Assembly: GCA_041690395.1 (NCBI GenBank)
Contig: JAWLHJ010000003.1
Location: 160,001 to 224,000 of the forward strand
DNA length: 64,000 nucleotides
Direction: 5' to 3'
Origin: Longimicrobiales bacterium
GTDB taxonomy: Bacteria; Gemmatimonadota; Gemmatimonadetes; Longimicrobiales; Gaopeijiaceae
Shown: positions 19,726-28,335 of the stretch, piece after piece
Layout: every line of letters starts with the position of its first letter
How positions within the stretch are numbered: the first letter of the stretch is position 1
Program-made: the position numbers and the translations under genes
The notes under the pieces: generated by a model
The model's database searches: none
Seen by the model: only the letters and a program-made list of their open reading frames with translations
What the model was told of the DNA's origin: nothing

Positions 19726-19742
19726 GTGCACGAAACGTGCAA
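19726..19742 (+). promoter_or_regulatory. Variant sigma54 -24/-12 promoter or second operator
   Basis: GTGCACG-AAAC-GTGCA versus consensus TGGCACG-N4-TTGCW (the GG dinucleotide is TG here); also a palindrome TGCACG-AAA-CGTGCA. Confidence 0.4.
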
Positions 19743-19756
19743 CCGATATCCGTGAC

Positions 19757-21082
19757 ATGAGCGACAGCATCGACATCGACAGCCTTCGACGGCTTCTCCC
19801 GGACGTACCCGAGCTACGCCCGTTGCTCGACGCGGCACTCCGGGCCTCGGTCCCGGACCCCGACGACGCATGGACATCCGCGGGCGAGGTGTCGACGGTG
19901 GGCGCGCGCCGGGTGGATCCGGCCGCGATCGCCCGCGAGTCCGCTCGCATCGCCTCGCGCCATCGGCGGCACCTCGACGCCGTCTACGACGTGGTGGCGG
20001 AAGCGCTTTCCGGGAAGGCGGCCGGAGACGGAGGGAGCGTCGTGCGAGCCCTGCTTCGAGGCGCCGCGCTGGAGGAAGCCGCGGGACGCACGGACGCGAC
20101 CGTGGCGTTCGCCACGGCGGCGGTGGATGCGGCACGCTCGCATGGCGAGCCGGCGCTGACTATGCTCGCCCTCCGACGCCACGCGCGGGCCCGGCGGGCC
20201 GTCGGCGACCTCGAGACGGCCTCGCGGATGTACGAGGAGGCGCTCACGGGCGCCGAGGGCCTCGGAGACGCCGAGGCCCTCGCGGAGGCCGCCATCGGCG
20301 CCGGGAACGTGCACGAGCAGCAGGGGCGCTGGGACGAAGCCGAGGCCCGTTACGAGCACGCCCGCTCGGCCCTCGAGACGTTGAGCCCGCCCACGCCGGC
20401 GCATTGGCACGTCCTTCTCAACCTGCACATCGTGCACCGCTCTCGCGGTCACGTGGAGCGGAGCGTCGAATGGCTCGACCGGGCGTCCGCTCTCGCCGAG
20501 GCCCTGCCCGACCCCGCCGCGGTTCCACTGCTGGAGAACGCGCGCGGTCAGCTCGCGATGGCCGAGGAAGCGCCTGGGCGAGCGGAACAGCACTTCGTTG
20601 ACGCACTGCAGGCGGCAGACGGACTCTGGGCCCGAGCGACGATCCGACTCAATCTTGCCGAGGCCCATCTGGCCCGTGACCGGCTTCTCGACGCGGCCGA
20701 GCACGCGCGGGACGCGGAGCGCGATGCCATCGTCGGTAGCCTGACCGCCAAGCTACCCGAGGTCTACCGCATGCTCGGTCGGATCGCCGCAGCGAACGGG
20801 AACCCCGACGGCTTCGTGCTCTTCGAGCGCTCCCTCGCGCTGTCCGCGCCCACCCCCGGCCTCACGTTCGAGCGCGCTCAGACGCTCCAGGCGTACGCCA
20901 TGGCCGAACAGGCGCTCGACCACACGGAGTCGGGCGAGGACCTGTGGATTCGAGCGATCGACGCCTATCGGTCGCTCGGCATCACCGGGGTGCGCCGCCC
21001 GTGGGCGGACTGCTTCGACGCTCCACCGCACGACTTCGACCCGACCTCCCGAACCCCAGATCCCAGGAACCAAGACGAATGA
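19757..21082 (+). CDS. Tetratricopeptide-repeat protein
   Basis: Helical Ala-rich repeats such as GAGNVHEQQGRWDEAEARYEHA and LNLAEAHLARDRLLDA; no signal peptide. Confidence 0.8.
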   Translation: MSDSIDIDSLRRLLPDVPELRPLLDAALRASVPDPDDAWTSAGEVSTVGARRVDPAAIARESARIASRHRRHLDAVYDVVAEALSGKAAGDGGSVVRALLRGAALEEAAGRTDATVAFATAAVDAARSHGEPALTMLALRRHARARRAVGDLETASRMYEEALTGAEGLGDAEALAEAAIGAGNVHEQQGRWDEAEARYEHARSALETLSPPTPAHWHVLLNLHIVHRSRGHVERSVEWLDRASALAEALPDPAAVPLLENARGQLAMAEEAPGRAEQHFVDALQAADGLWARATIRLNLAEAHLARDRLLDAAEHARDAERDAIVGSLTAKLPEVYRMLGRIAAANGNPDGFVLFERSLALSAPTPGLTFERAQTLQAYAMAEQALDHTESGEDLWIRAIDAYRSLGITGVRRPWADCFDAPPHDFDPTSRTPDPRNQDE

Positions 21083-21738
21083 TCGATACCACGAGAGACG
21101 CCCGACACGCCCGCTCCGGGCTCGGCGCCGCCGTTCTGGCCGTCGCACTGACAGGCTTCCTGTCCGGGTGCGGGAATCTCACCGCCGGAGGCTTCGGTGA
21201 AGCCAAGGTCGTGGCCAACGGAGACGCACCCGACACGGCGGTCCAGACCGCCGAAGCGCTGCGTGCCCCCGCCCGGACGGATCACGAGGGTGATGAGGGC
21301 GAAGAGGACATCGACCCCGACGGTGAGATCGAGCTCGACTTCAGGCTCTACCTCGAGTCGCCCACCGGCGCGTCCCTCGAGCTGTCCGACCGAGAGCTCC
21401 AGGTCGAGCTGGAGCTCGATGGAAGCATCGAGGCCGACGTGATCACGGCGCGTGTGCCGGCGAACAGCTACTCGGGGCTCCGGATCGCGTTCAGCGAGAT
21501 CGAGATCAACGTCCAGGACGGCGTCATCATCGACGGCCAGCCGGTGACGGGGCTCGTCGACATCGAGTTCGAGGACCTCGAGATCCTGCTACCGCTCGAC
21601 CTCACCGTGCTGGACGGCTCCGTCGTCGAGATCCTTCTCGACCTGAACGCCGCGACCTGGCTCGCGTTCGTCGATCCGGACACGCAGACGGTCATGCCGG
21701 AGCACTTCGCCGAGGCGGTGACGGTCAGGCTCCGCTAG
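21079..21738 (+). CDS. Acidic lipoprotein, DUF4382-like beta-sandwich
   Basis: ATGA overlap with TPR stop; lipobox LSGC; VPANSYSGLRIAF and EILLDLNA resemble DUF4382. Confidence 0.65.
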   Translation: MIDTTRDARHARSGLGAAVLAVALTGFLSGCGNLTAGGFGEAKVVANGDAPDTAVQTAEALRAPARTDHEGDEGEEDIDPDGEIELDFRLYLESPTGASLELSDRELQVELELDGSIEADVITARVPANSYSGLRIAFSEIEINVQDGVIIDGQPVTGLVDIEFEDLEILLPLDLTVLDGSVVEILLDLNAATWLAFVDPDTQTVMPEHFAEAVTVRLR

Positions 21739-21780
21739 TGTAGCGTAGGAAGTCCCGAGCACCTCTCGGCGAAGGGCACG

Positions 21781-21820
21781 AAAAAGCCCCGGCGGTCCGA
21801 AGACCCCGGGGCTTCCTCTT
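21781..21820. terminator. Probable bidirectional intrinsic terminator
   Basis: AAAAAGCCCCGG-CGGTC-CGAA-GACC-CCGGGGCTTCCTCTT between convergent genes. Confidence 0.75.
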
Positions 21821-21908
21821 GCGACCGAGCCGGCCCTAGCTCCCGCTCGGCCGCGGACCTGACGTGCCCGAAGGCACGTCGAAGACCGCGCTTCCCGCCC
21901 TCAGTTCA

Positions 21909-23891
21909 TCAGCAGGTGAGGCAGTTGTTGTTGTTGATGGCGCCGAGGCTCTCGAGCAGCGCGACGGTCGCCGGGAAGGGCGACACACGCTGCACGGGAC
22001 CGTTGGCCATGTCGACCGTGGTCTGCCCTCTGCGGCTCACGGCCATGATGTCGGCCCCATGCTCCACGAGGTAGAGGATCATCTCGTTGTCCCCTCGGGC
22101 CGCGGCATGGTGCACCGCGTTGTAGCCGTTGTGGTCACGCACGTTGATGTCGACACCCATTTCCTCGACGAGGAACTTCACGGCCGGCAACCAACCGTTC
22201 ACGGCATGGCGGTGGGCGTTTCCGGCGAAGCCCTCACCGTACCCGACGCCGCTCGCGGCGTGGATCGGATACACCGCCGGGCCGTCCTCCTCGACGGGAG
22301 GCAGTCCGGACGGATCGAGCTGGTTCGCGAGCACCTCGTTCGCTTCCTCGACGGCGTCCAGCACCTGCTGGCGCAGCACGTCGGGGGAGCTCATCGCGAA
22401 GATCTCGTCGTCGAACCGGTAGCGGATCTCGTCCGGGAAGTCGTCACGCACGGACCGGAGCAGCACGAACTTTGCCGAATCGGTCATGGTCTCGAAGTCG
22501 TCGTCCTGAAGCGCCTGCACGTTCTGCTGCCGGAGGAACTCGTCCGGCGTACGACGCTCCCGGGGGGCCGGAGCCCTGGTGGCGATCGCCGGGTCGGCGC
22601 CGTACTCCACCAGCATCCGCATCGCCGCGAGGTCGGTGGCGTAGGCGGCCCTCAGGAAGGCCGTCGACCCGTCGGTGTCGATCAGGCCGCAGTTCCCGTT
22701 GCCGCACCCGGTGTAGACCATGTACCAGGGGTGCAGGGAAATGCGATGGTTGACGTCGGCACCGGCGTCCAGCAGCGCCTTCATGACGTCGAGGTAGCTC
22801 GCGTCCTGTCGCTCACGCTGCTGCGGCTGCGGGTAACGCGTGCGGGGCTGCCACTCGGCATTCACAGTGGCCCAGAGGGGCGTCACCGCGTTGAGCGTCG
22901 ACGCGACGTTCGGGTCGGCGCCGTGCTCGAGGAAGAGCAGCGCCATGTCGAACTGACCGTTCAGAACGGAGATCAGAAGCGGGCTCGTTCCATCGGCCGG
23001 GCTGACGAGGTTCGGATCCGCGCCACCCTCCAGCAACGCCACCGCGGCCTCGTGGTGGCCCTGCCGCGCAGCATGCAGCAGCGGGGACAAGCCGCCCTTG
23101 GCCGTGATGGTCGGAGGTCCACGACGGAACGGATTGTCGTCTTCTTCCTCCGCATCTTCCGGCACACCGGTTTCGAAGATCTCCCGCCCGGCGCGGACGG
23201 CGGCCTGCATCTCGCTCGGCGTGGGCTCGCGTGCACCACCGTTCGTGAACGCCGCGAGTACCTCGTCACGACGCTGATCGGCGGCCCGCATGAGGGCTTC
23301 CCACTCGACCAGGTCGCGCACGAAGGTCGTGACGTTCGGGTCCGCCCCCCGCGAAAGCAGGAGTCGGATCACCGGCGCCCGGTTCTCCGCGGCCGCGAAG
23401 ATCAGCGGCGTCTGCTGCCACTGATCCTCGACACTGTTGGGATCCGCGCCGTGATCGAGGAGCGCCTCCACGACGGCCACGTCTCCGGCGCTGGACGCCA
23501 TGTGTAGCGCGGTAGCGCGCGTTTCGGTGGTCTTGCGCTCGGCATCGGCGCCGGCCGACAGGAGCCAGCGGACCATGTCCTCGTTCCCTTCCCTGGCGGC
23601 GACGTGCAGCGGCACATAACCGCCGATCCGGGTCATGGCTTCGAGATCGGCCCCTGCTGCGCGAAGCACCCGGGCCATCTCGACGTCGTCCAGTTCTGCC
23701 GCCCAGTGCATCGCCGTCATTCCGTCGCCCTGGGCCGCGTTGACGTCAGCCCCCTGGCGCAGGAGCGCCACGATGGCTTCCGCGTCGCCCCGCATGGCCG
23801 CGTCGGCGACCGGGGACTCCAGCGGACCGGCGGCGGCGAGCACCATGGCAAACAGCGCCGTGAGTGTGCCGAGGCGTAGGCCGAATCTCAT
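21909..23891 (-). CDS. Exported ankyrin repeat protein
   Basis: Signal peptide; many GADVN..GDGMTAMHWAA / TPLIFAA / SPLLHAA repeats; C-terminal CLTC. Confidence 0.93.
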   Translation of the reverse strand: MRFGLRLGTLTALFAMVLAAAGPLESPVADAAMRGDAEAIVALLRQGADVNAAQGDGMTAMHWAAELDDVEMARVLRAAGADLEAMTRIGGYVPLHVAAREGNEDMVRWLLSAGADAERKTTETRATALHMASSAGDVAVVEALLDHGADPNSVEDQWQQTPLIFAAAENRAPVIRLLLSRGADPNVTTFVRDLVEWEALMRAADQRRDEVLAAFTNGGAREPTPSEMQAAVRAGREIFETGVPEDAEEEDDNPFRRGPPTITAKGGLSPLLHAARQGHHEAAVALLEGGADPNLVSPADGTSPLLISVLNGQFDMALLFLEHGADPNVASTLNAVTPLWATVNAEWQPRTRYPQPQQRERQDASYLDVMKALLDAGADVNHRISLHPWYMVYTGCGNGNCGLIDTDGSTAFLRAAYATDLAAMRMLVEYGADPAIATRAPAPRERRTPDEFLRQQNVQALQDDDFETMTDSAKFVLLRSVRDDFPDEIRYRFDDEIFAMSSPDVLRQQVLDAVEEANEVLANQLDPSGLPPVEEDGPAVYPIHAASGVGYGEGFAGNAHRHAVNGWLPAVKFLVEEMGVDINVRDHNGYNAVHHAAARGDNEMILYLVEHGADIMAVSRRGQTTVDMANGPVQRVSPFPATVALLESLGAINNNNCLTC

Positions 23892-23964
23892 TCTTCCTCC
23901 GTTACCGATCAGTACGTGTACGCGGACGGGGTCGGCCGCCGGACGGCGACCGACCCCCCGTTCC

Positions 23965-25389
23965 TCAGAACTGCTGCGTGGCGCTCCGGGGCATGCTCAG
24001 GGGCAGCTCACCCGTGCTGTCACCGAAGCTCTCGAGGTCGTCGAGACCCATCCGCTGGGCCACGCTCAGCATGGCGTTGGCCATCGGCGTGCCGTCACCG
24101 GCGCGCAGGTGCAGGTTCCCGTCGAGAACGCCGCCGCCGTGTCCGAGGAAGAACAGCGGGCAACGACGGTGGTTGTGGATGTTCGCGTCGGACATCGGCG
24201 AGCCCCACATGACCACGGACTTGTCGAGGAGGTTCGTGCCACCGTCGTCGGTGTTCTTGAGCTTCTCGATGAAGTACGGAAGCATCCCGACGCGGTACTG
24301 GTTGATCTTGTTGAACTCCAGGATCGCCTCCTCCCGTCCGCCATGGTGCGAGGACGGGTGGAACGGGCGGTCCGATCCGCTCTCCGAGAAGACACGGTTG
24401 TCGGCGTCACGTCCGGTCTTGAACGAGATCACCCGCGTCATGTCGGACTGGAGCGCCAGCACCTGCAGGTCGAACATGACCTCCATGTGCTCCTTGAAGG
24501 AATCCGGCACGCCGGCCGGAGCCTCGGGCATCTCACGCTCTTCACCGGAGGTGTTCTGCGCCTCGATCATCCCGATGCGCCGCTCGAGCTCACGGACGTC
24601 CGTGAGGTACTTGTCCATGCGCTGACGGTCCTCGGCCCCCAGCTGACGCTGGACCGCGGCGACCTCGCCGGCGATCCAGTCCAGGATGCTACGACGGGTC
24701 GCCCGGCGGGCGGCGCGGTCCTCCATCGAGGTCCCGGTGCCGAAGAGCATGTCGAACGCGACCCGCGGGTCCCGGATCATCGGGAGCGGCTCGCTGGGCG
24801 ACGCCCAGCTGATCGCGTCCGTGTAGGAGCAGGAATAGTTGTACGTGCAACCGCCGGCCGCATCGAGCTGCTCGATGCAGAACTGCATGGACGGGAGCGG
24901 CGTGTCCTGCCCGAAGCGCTGGGCGTAGATCTGGTCGAGCGAGGTGCCGACGAACAGATCGGAGCCCTGAGTCTGCTTGGGATGCGACTGCGTGAGGAAG
25001 ACGGCGCTGGACCGGAAGTGGTCTCCGCCGATCTCTGGCGGAGCGAACGCCTCCGCCATGCGGCAGTCCGTGTTGCTCACGATCGTGAGGTAGTCCTGGT
25101 ACGGACGGAGGGACGCGAGCGCGCTGTCCGGGATGATCTCGAAGTCCTTGCCCGTGGTCTCCGGGGCCCAGATGTACTGCTTCTCGGCCCACACGTTGCA
25201 GCCCGCGAGTCCGTGAACCTCTTCGATGGCGATGAAGGGGATACGGTCGGCGGCAGCAGCAGCGGCAGCCTTCTCACCGCGCAGGCGGCCCGCAGGGACC
25301 ATCGCATCGAGGAACGGCAGCGCTACCGACGCGCCCATTCCTTGAAGGAAGGTTCTGCGGTCGAGGTGGCTTCCGGTGATGAATTGCAT
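23965..25389 (-). CDS. DUF1552 family Tat-exported protein
   Basis: HLDRRTFLQGMGASVALPFLDAM Tat signal; SLDQIYA, P..AFD.LFG, RSILD, YLTDVRELERRI, ALQSDMTRV, FHPSSHH, FGDSTG. Confidence 0.88.
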   Translation of the reverse strand: MQFITGSHLDRRTFLQGMGASVALPFLDAMVPAGRLRGEKAAAAAAADRIPFIAIEEVHGLAGCNVWAEKQYIWAPETTGKDFEIIPDSALASLRPYQDYLTIVSNTDCRMAEAFAPPEIGGDHFRSSAVFLTQSHPKQTQGSDLFVGTSLDQIYAQRFGQDTPLPSMQFCIEQLDAAGGCTYNYSCSYTDAISWASPSEPLPMIRDPRVAFDMLFGTGTSMEDRAARRATRRSILDWIAGEVAAVQRQLGAEDRQRMDKYLTDVRELERRIGMIEAQNTSGEEREMPEAPAGVPDSFKEHMEVMFDLQVLALQSDMTRVISFKTGRDADNRVFSESGSDRPFHPSSHHGGREEAILEFNKINQYRVGMLPYFIEKLKNTDDGGTNLLDKSVVMWGSPMSDANIHNHRRCPLFFLGHGGGVLDGNLHLRAGDGTPMANAMLSVAQRMGLDDLESFGDSTGELPLSMPRSATQQF

Positions 25390-25438
25390 GTCGGTTCTCC
25401 TGAACTGAGTGCGCTAGGGACGCTACTGCTACTGACTG

Positions 25439-27877
25439 CTACTGACCCGCTTCCGCGGTGATTGTCGATGCCTGCTTGAGACGGAAGGCATCGCTCTTGA
25501 CTACTCCCATGATCAGCGAAGCGACCGGATACTCACCGTCACGCTCCGCTTCGTTCACGATGCTGCGAATCGTCGGATTGTCGTAGTACTCCATCCGGCG
25601 ACCGATGGCGTAGGCCAAGAGGTTCTCCGTGAAGGTCCGGACCAGCGGAAGAGGCCGCTTGAGCAGCGCATCCGTCAGGTCGCTCGGAGTGTTGATCGGC
25701 GTGCCGTCGTAGAAATCACCGCGGGTGTCGAGGGACGTGCCGTTCTCGCGTACCCGCCATTTGCCCGTAACGTCGAAGTTGTCGAGGGCCAGGCCGATCG
25801 GGTCGATCAAGCTGTGACACGAGTTGCACGTCGGGTTGGCGCGGTGCTGCTCCATCCGCTCACGCGTCGTGAGCACCCGACCATCGCTGGCGGCGTCCGA
25901 CGACTCGTCGAGCGTCGGCACGTTCGGCGGCGGCGGCGGCGGCGGCGTGCCCATGAGCACCTCCATCACCCACTTCCCGCGAAGTACCGGAGAAGTGCGG
26001 TTCGCCAAAGACGTGAGTACCAGAATGCTGCCGTGCCCGAGGATGCCGCTCCGGCCCGACCCTTCCGGATACTGAACCATCTGGAAGTCGTTGCCGGCCA
26101 CCCCGGGAAAGCCGTAATGCGCGGCCAACCGATCGTTGACGAACGTGTAGTCCGCAGTGAACAGGTCGAGCACGTCGCCGTTCTCGTCGACGAGATGGTT
26201 GAAGAGCATCTCCGTCTCGAGCTGCATCGCGTCCGCGAGGTTCTCGTCGAAATTCGGATAGTAGTTCGGGTCCGGCCGGACCTTGAACAGATCCTGGAGC
26301 CGGAGCCACTGCGACGCGAACCTGTGCGCCAGGGCGTCGGCCCTCGGATCCGCGAGCATCCTCTGCGCCTGCCGCTCGAGCTCGTCCACGTCGGACAGGT
26401 CGCCCTCACGCGCCACGGCCCGGAGCTCCTCGTCGGGCGGCGTGCCCCACAAGAAGAAGGAAAGGCGGGACGCGAGGTCCATGTCGTTCAACTCGTAGAT
26501 CTCACCCGGGCCGACGTTCTCCGGAGTCCGCTCGAGCCGAAGCGTGAAGAACGGGCTGGCCAGGATCGCCTCGAGGGCGTCGCGGATGCCTCGCTCGAAC
26601 CCTCCCTTCTCCACGCCGCCATGATAGAAGCCCATCAGGCCCTCGAGCTCGTCCTCTGCGACGGGCCGGCGGTATGCCTGGCTGGCCAGCCGCCCGAGGA
26701 TCTCGCGGGCGCAGGGCTCCATCTCGTCCTCACCCACGGGACGGCAGGAGAAGATGCGCTGACGCGCCTCCGTCTCGGACACGCCCGTCGTACGGATCGG
26801 GCCCACGATGACCATGTCGCGAAGGTGCGGCAGCGTGGTGATGCCCGATCCACCGGCACCGCCGCCCGCCATCGACCAGTCGTGCGGCCGCATGAGATCC
26901 TCGTAGGGCCCCTCGGTCGAGCGGATGAACGCGGCCGACACCGCATGCTGACCGGCGCGGATGAACACGGGCTCGGTCCGCTGCGGAATGGCGCCACGAC
27001 CGTCCGCGCCACGACCCATGCTCGTGTAGGCGAGCTTCGCCACCTGCTCGCCATCGATGGAGATGTCGAGGTCCTCGAACGGCGAGTTGTCGCCGGACGC
27101 GAACGTCACCTGGAAGAAGTACTCACCGTCCGCCGGGAAGGTGTGGTCGACCACGATGCCGCCACGGGTCCCGTACGGCGCCCCGGGCACGCGGTCCCAG
27201 GGGTGCTGGGAGACGTACTCGGAGTTCTTGTAGGCATGCTCCACGCTTCCCGCGTTCCGGTCGCCGAGGGCCATCCGGCTGATGTCCGACGCGGCGTTCA
27301 GATACGACTCGAGCAGCATCGGGGAGATCGCCTGCACGTCCGCGATGTTGTCGAAGCCCGCGCTGATCTGGTCGGCCGGCAGCCACTGGCTGGCGTCGAT
27401 CGACAGGCCGAGCAGGGACTCAATAGCCTGCTCGTACTCGGGCTGATTGAGGCGCTGGAACGTCCGGGTGCCCGGCGCGGGATCCCGCTCGGCGGCCTCG
27501 TCGATGGTGGTCTCGAGCGTCTCGACCAGAACCGCCAGCGTGTCGCCGGCCGGTGTACGTGCTCCGGGCGGGGGCATCATGCCGGCACGGAGCTTCCGGA
27601 TCATGCGCTCGGCAATCTGCGCCTGGTCCGCCGCCGAGGCGACGTCGAAGTCTTCGAGCGAGAGGTTTCCGGTCATCCGACGCTCACTGTGGCACCGGAC
27701 GCAGTTGGCCTGTACGACTTCGTTCAGGTCGGTCGAAGAAAGGTTCGCCGAAGCGGCCTCGACGGTATGGACCGCGGCGACGTCGATATCCGGCTGGACA
27801 TCGGTCGACGTGGCGGTCGTCCCCCACATCACGAGGGATGCTCCGAGGACGACGGAAGTGGCGGCGATGGTCTTCAT
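25439..27877 (-). CDS. Planctomycete-type cytochrome c domain protein (DUF1587/1595/1592/1588/1585)
   Basis: Signal peptide; CVRCH and CNSCH haem motifs; KLRAGMMPP, LASRLSFFLW.TPPDEEL, RTSPVLRGKWV, PPPPPP. Confidence 0.9.
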   Translation of the reverse strand: MKTIAATSVVLGASLVMWGTTATSTDVQPDIDVAAVHTVEAASANLSSTDLNEVVQANCVRCHSERRMTGNLSLEDFDVASAADQAQIAERMIRKLRAGMMPPPGARTPAGDTLAVLVETLETTIDEAAERDPAPGTRTFQRLNQPEYEQAIESLLGLSIDASQWLPADQISAGFDNIADVQAISPMLLESYLNAASDISRMALGDRNAGSVEHAYKNSEYVSQHPWDRVPGAPYGTRGGIVVDHTFPADGEYFFQVTFASGDNSPFEDLDISIDGEQVAKLAYTSMGRGADGRGAIPQRTEPVFIRAGQHAVSAAFIRSTEGPYEDLMRPHDWSMAGGGAGGSGITTLPHLRDMVIVGPIRTTGVSETEARQRIFSCRPVGEDEMEPCAREILGRLASQAYRRPVAEDELEGLMGFYHGGVEKGGFERGIRDALEAILASPFFTLRLERTPENVGPGEIYELNDMDLASRLSFFLWGTPPDEELRAVAREGDLSDVDELERQAQRMLADPRADALAHRFASQWLRLQDLFKVRPDPNYYPNFDENLADAMQLETEMLFNHLVDENGDVLDLFTADYTFVNDRLAAHYGFPGVAGNDFQMVQYPEGSGRSGILGHGSILVLTSLANRTSPVLRGKWVMEVLMGTPPPPPPPNVPTLDESSDAASDGRVLTTRERMEQHRANPTCNSCHSLIDPIGLALDNFDVTGKWRVRENGTSLDTRGDFYDGTPINTPSDLTDALLKRPLPLVRTFTENLLAYAIGRRMEYYDNPTIRSIVNEAERDGEYPVASLIMGVVKSDAFRLKQASTITAEAGQ

Positions 27878-28060
27878 CTAGCTCGACTTCTTGAGGGGTT
27901 GGTAGAGCATTCGAAGTGTAGGCCGTAGGCGCTGTTCCTCGCAAGGACGATCGGCCCTGTTCCAGGGTTGCGTCGCCCACTCATGAACAAGGACAGCGTT
28001 CGTGACCGTTTTGTTGAGAAGCCTTCCGATTACGGGGTGCTGTTCGTCGCGCATCGATAC

Positions 28061-28100
28061 ACGAAAGCGCCGAGTACCCGAAGGTCCTCGGCGCTTTCGT
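28061..28100 (-). terminator. Hairpin terminator after tRNA-Gly
   Basis: ACGAAAGCGCCGAG...CTCGGCGCTTTCGT, 14-bp perfect inverted repeat 6 nt past the tRNA 3' end. Confidence 0.75.
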
Positions 28101-28106
28101 CTTCAG

Positions 28107-28179
28107 AGCGGGAGACCGGGCTCGAACCGGCGACCCTCAGCTTGGGAAGCTGATGCTCTACCAACTGAGCTACTCCCGC
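28107..28179 (-). tRNA. tRNA-Gly (CCC), CCA not encoded
   Basis: GCGGGAGTAGCTCAGTTGGTAGAGCATCAGCTTCCCAAGCTGAGGGTCGCCGGTTCGAGCCCGGTCTCCCGCT folds as a cloverleaf with anticodon CCC. Confidence 0.97.
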
Positions 28180-28189
28180 ACACGGCGCA

Positions 28190-28217
28190 AATCTAGCAGC
28201 GCCCCGGAACCGGTCAA
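28190..28217 (-). promoter_or_regulatory. Stable-RNA type sigma70 promoter for tRNA-Gly
   Basis: TTGACC-N16-TAGATT with extended TG and GC-rich discriminator. Confidence 0.7.
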
Positions 28218-28271
28218 CAACCCCGCCCCGCCACGCGGCGCCCCCGCCGCCACATGGGCCGAGGGCACAAA

Positions 28272-28312
28272 CGAAAGCGGGCGGCCCGGATCGTCCGGAC
28301 CGCCCGCTCACT
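28272..28312 (-). terminator. Putative terminator after the TPR lipoprotein gene
   Basis: AGCGGGCGG-C-CCGGA-TCG-TCCGG-A-CCGCCCGCT hairpin followed by TTCGTTT on the minus strand. Confidence 0.6.
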
Positions 28313-28335
28313 TCATCGAGCCGAAGCTCCGTGGT

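Noticed and set aside
21901..21911. Tandem TGA TGA after CLTC as possible selenocysteine read-through
   Set aside because: Two consecutive stops, no SECIS-like hairpin I can support, and a terminator-like structure downstream
25422..25446. Short CTACTG/ACTG tandem repeat around the DUF1592 stop
   Set aside because: Too short; looks like a local slippage duplication with no functional evidence
21909..28179. Genomic island integrated at tRNA-Gly
   Set aside because: No integrase, no direct repeat of the tRNA 3' end and no obvious compositional shift
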